From NCBI RefSeq assembly GCF_023055435.1, contig NW_025964383.1:32550001-32614000 (forward strand): a DNA stretch of 64,000 nucleotides, given 5' to 3'. The DNA is from Haliotis rufescens (lineage: Eukaryota). This document shows positions 55,701 through 64,000 of the stretch, piece by piece; within the stretch, counting starts at the first letter, position 1; every line of letters begins with the position of its first letter. Made by a program: the position numbers and the translations under genes. The notes under the pieces were generated by a model. It ran no database searches. It was not told where the DNA came from and saw only the letters and a list, made by a program, of their open reading frames with translations.

Positions 55701-58700
55701 ACGAAGGATACAGATAAAGGTAACTATCACATAATGGCTTGTGTTATTGAGCGAGGAACCAGGATGATACACTTAGTATCACGATCTGATAAATACACAA
55801 ATGGGGTCACCTAGCAGGAACTACTTTCAACATGTTCACGCTCCAGACATCGTTGCAATGATTGTTTCTCAATGAACTATGTACTAATGTACCCAGTATG
55901 CAGGGGTTTCATAATGTGTCGCCGCGTTTCTGTTTGCAAACATGGCTGCTAGTCATGTGGCACTATATGATGAACTGGGCGGTTCACTCAAACGTATTCA
56001 TACACGGTTTCTAAAGCCACAGACTTATATAAGACCGTGCTAAAGCTAATTCATTGAGTGAAATTCTGTCTTAAAATTCCATTATTTTAACATAGATATT
56101 ACATGATAAAGAGATTATTACCCTGTCTTTCCGTATTGTATATATCATATGATTATTGAAATGTTAATGTTTATTCCTGATATGTGATATCTACAATATG
56201 GAAACACACGAGTAATAATAACTATGAACTGTAAGCCAGACATAATAAATATAGCTCATGTCATGTTGTATGACTGAGTGATTCATGTCTCCCCGTAAAC
56301 ACATTGTCTTTTCCAGTGAATGAATAACATCCAATACTGATATGCTGATATGTGATTAATCTATTTTGTTTCTCATAATAATTTATTATCTTCCCAAATT
56401 TTTTGTTATTTTGCCACATTCCTATTTCAATATTGACAAAGAAAACCATATGCTTTTTTTTCTGAATAAAAAACGCATTTTCAGAACTTGTCTTCCTTTT
56501 GCAGTCTATACAAGTTCAAGTACTGCCCTATCTGTGTTTATACATACAGTGAACAATTCAATGAGTTACATCATTCCTTTGTGAGGGGCAAATACCTTAT
56601 GCTGCGGTACACACTTTATTCATCAATTGAAGAATGAACTGTTCTTAATATTTGCTTTCATTGCTTTCCCGCACATCATAATCAATATGTCAAGCAGCAG
56701 TATGCAACACACCATTCCCTATGAAGATTCCCAAATCTATTCATGCTGACTGACATGCTACAGTGACACTTACCCGAGTCTCTACGAGATGAGTACCCAG
56801 CGTACCTCCCCCTACCACGCCCTCTCCGGTAGCCACGCCCCCTTCCACTCAAAACACTGTCAGTCAAGTAGCCGGATGTCCGCCTCTCTTCTGCCATCAC
56901 TTCCGCTGACCAATCACCAACAGGCTCTGGAGACGTCGCTTCATCCCCTGGTACAGAGGCAGAGAGGTGAGGTGAAGTGGGGTTTATCGTCACGTCCAAG
57001 ATGCTTGCTCTCGTATAAAGTCTGTGTGTGTGTGCTGTGTATGTGATGGTGTGAGATNNNNNNNNNNNNNNNNNNNNNNNNNNNNNNNNNNNNNNNNNNN
57101 NNNNNNNNNNNNNNNNNNNNNNNNNNNNNNNNNNNNNNNNNNNNNNNNNNNNNNNNNNNNNNNNNNNNNNNNNNNNNNNNNNNNNNNNNNNNNNNNNTGT
57201 GTGCGTGTGTGACTCATGCCAATTTTATAGTGACGGACCAAACACTGTTTTTATCCACTTAGGCCACCTCAAGTATAGCAACATCATGATGGGAAGACCC
57301 TTAGAGAAGCATCCCGGAAATTGTACCACAGTGAGAAATCAAACCATGGTCTAGATTAGCAAATACCACAAGGCTACCCTACTGCAGTGTTCTAAATAAG
57401 GCTGGTGGCAGGTAGATCTTGTGTCGGGCCTGTAGTTTCAAATATGTATGGGTTCTTTAGGCCTGCAGTAAAAATAAGTGTCAATTTATTCGTGACAATA
57501 AGCTGCAGATTTCTAAATGATGGCCTGAAGAGTTTAGTCAGGGCCTGCAGTCTGTGCTACTGTCTACTGTCCTATTTTGGTTCTGAAGTCATCAGTTCAT
57601 CTCACCAGTATTCATGCCATGCCTCTCCGTTGCCCATCTCCGGCCTCGTCCCATGCCACGCCCACCTCGACCACGCCTCCCTCTTTCATCTGAGTATGGG
57701 TCATTGCTCCCTCTGAAATGTAATCATACGTCAAACGAACTGAAGCAGACACTGAATGGTCCACCCAAACTGTCCTTCGCATGGTAGGATATTCAGTTTC
57801 CAGATAGATACAACATGACAGAAAACTACATTTTACGGATAAGGAAGCTTTTGAACTTCAGACTTGAAAATTGTAAATCAAACAGTGTGAACGAGTAGGG
57901 TCATAAGCACATAAATGGCTTACTCAAACTCAGGGGGCATATCAGCCTTGGGGAGAAATCACACCTGGGTTTTAGACCGCAACTCTCCCCTTCATGACTC
58001 TTACAATAAACAAGCTTACAATAAAGAAAATCAAACCCAGGTTTTTGGTTAGTAAAGATGGAGTGCTATAACTGTGAGGCTAGCCCATCACTTCAGAACA
58101 GACAATAGCAGACCAGTAATAGAGTAATGAGTTGCCTTCAAACAAAACATACGAACCTCCTTTCCCGTGGTGGGGGGAAGTAGGGCCCAGACTGGGGGCC
58201 AGAGAGACTCTTCAGCTGTTGGTCTATCTCCTGCTTCGCTTGTCGCAGTTGCTCCACTTCCTGTAACAAAACAAAGGAACATGCTTCTCACTGATGGGAC
58301 ATATAGGCATCTGATGCAGCATTTGAAATTCGCACTAATGCTGTAGTCCTTGCCAAACTGCCCAGTAGTTAAGGTATCATAAGGACCAGTAGAAATATAC
58401 CATTTTCAAGGGTTTTGCAATATGTTATCATTATAAGGTTGCTTGGTTTGTTGTTTAACGCCGCACTCGGCAATATTCCAGCTTTATGACGGCGGTCTGT
58501 AAATAATCGAGTCTGGACCAGACAATCCAGTGATTGATATCATGAGCATCGATCCATGCAATTTGGATCGATGACATGCATAAACCAAGTCAGCAAGCCT
58601 GACCACCCAATCCCATTAGTCACCTTTTACGGCATGGATTGCTGAAGACCTATTCTACCCCGGATCTTCACGGGTCTAGGACTAGTGGACAAAAACATGT

Positions 58701-61700
58701 TAGTTTTTACCACCCAGATGGATATGCAGCTTTCATTATGCTTCAAACTTCTCAGGAGTGTTACAAGCTGGTTGCTAACTACAGTCATTTTGAAATTGTT
58801 TCGAGAAACTGAAATGCCTCTTTTATCACAACAACCTTGTGGTATTTAACATAAATTTCAAATACCAAATTATCACTTCACCAAAGAAACAGAGAAATTA
58901 CAGTTTCACTTTTTTTCATTGTATAAGTTTCACAGCCATGTGGAAGAGAAAGTACTTACCCTTAAATGTGTTAAGTGGTAGTCTAATAACAGCTGTGCAT
59001 TTGCAATACTTTCTACAGTTCCCACGAAAATAAAAGGCACCTGTCCCTGAAACTCAAAGGTCTGAAAAACAGTCAAGATCTGATCATCTTGCAATTTGTT
59101 TATTTGTTTGTTGTTTAACGCCATACTCAGCAATATTCCAGCTATATGACGGCGGTCTGTAAATAATCAAGTCTGGACCTGACAATCCAGTGATTGACAT
59201 CATGAACATCGATCCACGCACTAAGGTCAGTGAGCCTGACCACCCGATCCCGTTAGTCGCCTCTTACGACAAGCATAGTCACCTCTGACGGCAAGCATGG
59301 GTTGCTGAAGACCTATTGTACCCCGGATCTTCACGGGTTTGATCATCTTGCAATTTCATCATGTAAAGAATGAACTGCTAACAGCTATCAGAAAACTGAC
59401 ACTTAATATCACAGTCAAGACAATGATCAACTGCAAACATAGGCTTTTCGTACAAACAGTATACAGGATCTGGTTCCGCAATTTAACCAAACAAAAGTTT
59501 CCATCAGACATACAATGCAACTATACTGAACAAGATAATTAATAATCAACTTTTGTGTTGTATTGTTAATACCTCTTCTCTTGGCTGGTCAGTTTCGTTG
59601 TCCCCCTCAATTTTGACCCTCACAACACCCGACTTGTCCACTATGTCTTGAATGTTTCGACCATTCTTCCCTATCACTTTGGCTGAAACAAGACAAGTCT
59701 CATATTCAAGTGGTACATGAAGCAATGTTTTTACCTTTTCAATAATGCTTTGTCAAGGGGGAAAACATGTGGTGTTGACTGTGTACAGGGTTTTACTAAA
59801 CTTATAAACACAACAGAGCTCACATTTTCAAAGAAGGATGAGAGAGTGGGTGGGTGGGTGAGTGGGTGAGTGAGTGAGATGTGTTAACATCACTTTTGAG
59901 TGAGTGAGTTGGGTTTAACGCCGCTTTTAACAGTATTCCAGTTACATCACGGCGAGTCAGCTTAATGTGGGAGGAAAGCCCGAAGTAATGCAGGTGTCAG
60001 TCGTTTACCACTTTGGTGAAACCCAGGGGCACGGGTATGGTGCTGACAAACCTAGAAACATACCGTATTTTCTTGAGTATAGTGCGCACCCATGTATAAT
60101 GCGCACCCCCCTCTAGCGGGTTCAATATTTGATCGCGAGAATTTCATGTTGACATAGAATCGTCAAACAAAAACAAATATGACTTTTATTGAGTCAAAGT
60201 ATGTCATTTATGATATATGTATCGATTCTCTGTCAACTAAAGTTCGTTTCAAGGCGTCAATAGCGGTATTCTGACCGTGGTTGCTGTTAATAACGGTGAG
60301 TTGTGCGATCTTCCGATCGCTTCACACACGATTTCGCCAAAATTAATAAAAACAATATTATAAGGAATTTTGAATAAAATTAATGAAATAAGTTACAAAC
60401 ATAAGTCCAGATATACAAAGAACACTTTTTATAGCCAGACAGTGTAATTACATGATTATTTTGCGTACTTCAGTATGGATTTGTTGACATGGTATTTCCG
60501 GTGTTTCGTGCTCACGGTAATGTCTTTCCATGGGGGAAAAAAACATCCAAACTCATAATTCGTGTATAATGCGCACCCCCTTCTACACAGCTGTGTTTTT
60601 TCGAAAAAAAGTGCGCACTATACTCAAGAAAATACGGTAATTGGGGCGAACTGGGATTCCAACCCACACTCAGAGGGTTCTAGCGAGCCCAAGGGACACA
60701 ACAGTGCAAGCGAATTGCTGCACCTTAGAAAACTGGGCCACCCGTGCCCTTGGAGAGTGGGTGAAGGCGTCTAAAATTAAGTCAGCAATAAAAGATCTTT
60801 AAAAAGAACCTAGGTGTGTGCATGTAAGTTGTTGTTTTTTACAGTTTGGAAATAATCGCTCATGTCCAGGAAATAATAGTAGATGATTGCATGGTCCTAA
60901 CTGTCGCCACACAATAATTCCTCACATGTTTTGTTTGTTTATTTAATGCCACACTCCGCAATACACCAGTGATATGATAGTGGAGGTGACAATCCAGTGA
61001 TTGATATCACGAACAACAATCCACGTCGTCATGGTACAATGACACACAAAGAACTAAGTCAAAGAGGCTGACCACCCAATCCATTAAGTTGCCTCTTAAT
61101 GGCCAGCAGAGGTTGCTTGTGACCTATTCCAACCCAGAAGCATGACAGGGTTGTGGAAGCCACCATACAATCAGTCAAGGTGTAATTACACCTTAAACCA
61201 GTCCAGAGACCAAACTATATTCAATCCAAACAGTCTGACAGTGTTGACAAGCATTGTATTCAGCCTCATACAACTGAGATGTATTTTGCTGCTTGAATAC
61301 GAAAACCAGGAATAACCTACATCAATGAAGACCGCTTGTGCCCAATAAATACACTGGCTGACTCAAATATGTCTTTGTTTCTTGATACTTACCCACTAGA
61401 TCTCTTGGGACTTGAAATGTCTGTTCAGCAAATTCTAACATGTTTCTAGCTTGTTTTACAGCTTCTGGAGTCTGAAATTCATGAAGGCAAAAAGTTGAAA
61501 ATGTATAACTGGTATGTTTCTCCCAGAACCCTGGATTCTGTCACTCCCAAGCTTAAGTACAAGTTCAAATATTAAGCAGCCTTAGCTTTAGACTTTTTAA
61601 CTTTAGAATGATTACAATGGGGGCCTTCCAAAATAACATACAGACATAACTATTAAAAAAGTTAATCACAGCCTTTTACAAATTAAAGTAGGATTTGTTA

Positions 61701-61923
61701 AATCAACATTACCAAGAACATAAATCTGCCATGTAACACGTGTCCATCATCTCACCTCTCCGTACACTTTAAACGTGCATGTATTCTCGTCAAGCTCGAT
61801 GCCAGTGATTCCCTCTACTTTGCGAGCCTGTTGAATGTTAGCACCGTGTGTTCCAATAGCCAGGCCCATCAGGTCGTCCCGTACACAGAACTCCTCCATG
61901 AACCCCGACCGGATCTTGGTGCT
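52263..61923 (-). CDS. FMR1: Fragile X messenger ribonucleoprotein 1 homolog (FMR1/FXR family), 3' part; 5' exons outside the window
   Basis: In-frame GT-AG exons 61923-61756, 61471-61393, 59682-59573, 59046-58960, 58260-58157, 57712-57606, 56947-56774, (54393-54319), 53367-53266, 52762-52263; KH1 [20 protein letters not shown]2 [41 protein letters not shown] boxes, VNG terminus. Confidence 0.97.
52975..53140 (-). mobile_element. tRNA-headed SINE family D
   Basis: B-box ggttcgattcccc, body gtgtgtgaagcccatttctggtgtc, shared ggaatattg tail. Confidence 0.75.
53266..53367 (-). CDS. FMR1: FMR1 exon
   Basis: [33 protein letters not shown], similar to FXR RRRRTDED.VL motif; 102 nt. Confidence 0.88.
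54319..54393 (-). CDS. FMR1: Candidate FMR1 cassette exon (75 nt, phase 1-1)
   Basis: ctctgtttggcag/ ... /gtatgt; open frame [25 protein letters not shown]. Confidence 0.45.
56774..56947 (-). CDS. FMR1: FMR1 exon, DWS motif plus RG-rich box
   Basis: [57 protein letters not shown]; /gtaagt. Confidence 0.88.
57058..57197. other. Assembly gap (140 N) within a TG-rich SINE-like segment
   Basis: Run of N. Confidence 1.
57606..57712 (-). CDS. FMR1: FMR1 exon, RG-rich
   Basis: [35 protein letters not shown]; phase-compatible; /gtgag. Confidence 0.88.
58157..58260 (-). CDS. FMR1: FMR1 exon, NES/coiled-coil
   Basis: [34 protein letters not shown]; 104 nt. Confidence 0.93.
58443..58676 (-). mobile_element. 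Short retroposon family B
   Basis: Reverse-complement homology to the 36906 copy. Confidence 0.85.
58960..59046 (-). CDS. FMR1: FMR1 exon, KH2 C-terminal part
   Basis: [29 protein letters not shown]; 87 nt; /gtaagt. Confidence 0.96.
59098..59339 (-). mobile_element. Short retroposon family B, full length with 17-bp TSD
   Basis: TSD tgatcatcttgcaattt at 59081-59097 and 59340-59356. Confidence 0.92.
59573..59682 (-). CDS. FMR1: FMR1 exon, KH2
   Basis: [37 protein letters not shown]; 110 nt. Confidence 0.97.
59898..60750 (-). mobile_element. tRNA-headed SINE (family A) interrupted by a MITE
   Basis: Family A sequence resumes exactly across the 60061-60639 insertion (aaacctagaaaca TA attggggcgaac). 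Confidence 0.85.
60063..60637. mobile_element. Non-autonomous Tc1/mariner-superfamily (pogo/Tc2-like) MITE
   Basis: Perfect 27-bp TIR ccgtattttcttgagtatagtgcgcac, TA target duplication, subterminal direct repeat gtataatgcgcacccc, no ORF. Confidence 0.92.
61393..61471 (-). CDS. FMR1: FMR1 exon, KH1/KH2 junction
   Basis: [26 protein letters not shown]; 79 nt; tttcag/ and /gtaagt. Confidence 0.96.
61756..61923 (-). CDS. FMR1: FMR1 exon, KH1
   Basis: [56 protein letters not shown]; cag/ and /gtgag; 168 nt. Confidence 0.97.
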
Positions 61924-62938
61924 CTGAACATGGACAATGGAACATTTCTTTCACATGACCTACACACGTGACACCCTGACCGGATCTTGGTGCTCTGAAC
62001 ATGAACAATGGAACATTTCTTTCACATGACCTACACACGTGACACCCTGACCGGATCTTGGTGCTCTGATCATGGACAATGGAACATTTCTTTCACATGA
62101 CCTACACACGTGACACCCTGACCGGATCTTGGTACTCTGAACATGGACAATGGAACATTTCTTTCACATGACCTACACACGTGACACCCCAAATGGACCT
62201 TGGTACTCTGAACATGGACAATGGAACATTTCTTTAACATGACCTACACACGTGACACCCCGACCGGATCTTGGTACTCTGAACATGGACAATGGAACAT
62301 TTCTTTCACATGACCTACACACGTGACACCCCGACCGGATCTTGGTACTCTGAACATGGACAATGGAACATTTCTTTCACATGACCTACACACGTGACAC
62401 CCCGACCGGATCTTGGTACTCTGAACATGGACAATGGAACATGGACAATGGAACATTTCTTTCACATGACCTACACACGTGACACCCCGACCGGATCTTG
62501 GTTCTCTGAACATGGACAATGGAACATTTCTTTCACATGACCTACACACGTGACACCCCGACCGGATCTTGGTACTCTGAACATGGACAATGGAACATTT
62601 CTTTCACATGACCTACACACGTGACACCCCGACCGGATCTTGGTACTCTGAACATGGACAATGGAACATGGACAATGGAACATGGACAATGGAACATTTC
62701 TTTCACATGACCTACACACGTGACACCCCGACCGGATCTTGGTTCTCTGAACATGGACAATGGAACATTTCTTTCACATGACCTACACACATGACACCCC
62801 AAACGGATCTTGGTACTCTGAACATGGACAATGGAACATTTCTTTCACATGACCTACACACGTGACACCCCGACCGGATCTTGGTACTCTGATCATGGAC
62901 AATGGAACATTTCTTTCACATGACCTACACACGTGACA
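61904..62938. repeat. 71-bp tandem array (14 units) containing the FMR1 KH1-exon splice acceptor
   Basis: Unit gacaccccgaccggatcttggtactctgaacatggacaatggaacatttctttcacatgacctacacacgt; two units carry extra 14-bp sub-repeats. Confidence 0.97.
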
Positions 62939-62970
62939 TCCTTGCTAACCCCACAAACCACGGCTAATCA

Positions 62971-63225
62971 GAGTGAGTGAGTGAGTGAGTTGGGTTTAAC
63001 ACCGCTTTTAACAGTATTCCAGTCATATCACGCCGTGTCAGCTTAATGTGCTAGGAAAGCCTGAAGTGATGCAGGTCTCAGACGTTTACCACTTCGGTGA
63101 AACCCACAAGCAATGGTATGGTGCTGACAAACCTAGATACATAATCGCGGCAAACCAGGATTCGAACCCACAATCATAGGTTTCTGGCGTGCCCATGGGA
63201 CGCAACTCTGCACAGCAACACTGGC
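62971..63225 (-). mobile_element. tRNA-headed SINE (family A)
   Basis: Reverse-complement homology to the 30249 copy; (gtga)n tail. Confidence 0.85.
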
Positions 63226-64000
63226 AGCAGACCAGCCTATGTTTGAACTTTGATAAATTTATGGGACCAGGGTACAACCTGCTTTTGTTTGGTGCAACGT
63301 GGTGCATGTTAAATCAAGTTCCTTAAATCGAGAATTGAAATAAAATAAATAAAAACATTCAAAATACTATTGACTGACTGAATCATGCTGAATGAGTGCT
63401 GCTGCTACTAATATTCTGAACATCAGCAGTGATAGTAGCTTGACACAACGTGCCCCGTAACCGTCCGTGTGTGAGAGAGGTGCTATCACATATATACATT
63501 GTATCGGGAACCAGGTGTTGTACATTTGGAAAACAATATCAATGCTGCAGGACACCCCAATATCTAGTGGACATTTCTATCTCTTCTCAACACTGATGTT
63601 ATGTTTGTTCTATCCTTCAGACAAGCTGAATTCTTACCACAGCAAAAAACATCTCCTGGAACACTTCTAGCAATATCTCAAAGCTGGGGCTGATGTGTTC
63701 AGGGTACAGTGTTTCAGCTGGCTTTTGAAACCCAGGAGACTGGCAACTCTAAAAATCCCCTCCCCCGTCCACATTTTTGACATTCATGGCTGACAAATTC
63801 GATGAAGTCATCTCTAAAGTAACTTAGTTGTGTTTGTTTGTTGTTTAACAGCGCACTCTCTTTTTCTGTTTTCTCTTTTCCCCCGGAATATTTCATTTGG
63901 GTTTGAGATGACATTTCTCATTATCACTGATGCTTTGTTCAACAACAAAGATTTATAAGGTACTTTATTTACCGGTCCACAGGCACTGTTAGTCATATGA

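Noticed and set aside
61838-62802. Cys/His-rich ORFs (CRSCERNVP...) resembling zinc fingers
   Set aside because: Translations of the 71-bp array; all stop within a few units
63714-63914. Possible further upstream FMR1 exon
   Set aside because: No similarity to the expected KH0/Agenet sequence; overlaps a SINE tail fragment

Overview
Eukaryotic, AT-rich animal DNA; the SINE repertoire and gene families suggest a mollusc, probably abalone (Haliotis), but this is inference. There are two convergent multi-exon genes. (1) Minus strand, 52263-61923: the 3' two-thirds of an FMR1/FXR (fragile X RNA-binding protein) orthologue with KH1, KH2, an NES/coiled-coil exon, RG-rich exons and a C-terminal MVNGE*. 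Its 5' exons lie beyond the window. (2) Plus strand, about 20685-39557: a gene of roughly 16 small exons (putative coiled-coil stalk) ending in one large B30.2/SPRY-like exon. Just upstream is a two-exon, apparently truncated ORF with a possible Schlafen/AlbA_2-like motif. The rest is transposon debris (L1/Tx1, CR1, RTE-X-like and Penelope fragments, a Tc1/mariner pseudogene, a pogo/Tc2-like MITE, at least four short-retroposon families) plus six tandem arrays, including a 5-kb 31-bp satellite with a 1024-bp higher-order repeat. The most notable observations are a 71-bp array that multiplies the 3' splice site of the FMR1 KH1 exon 14-fold, a headless retroposon starting with a pseudoknot-capable motif, tandem minimal hammerhead-like motifs, and the phase-symmetric modular exon design of the SPRY gene. 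No CRISPR, rRNA or true tRNA genes were found.
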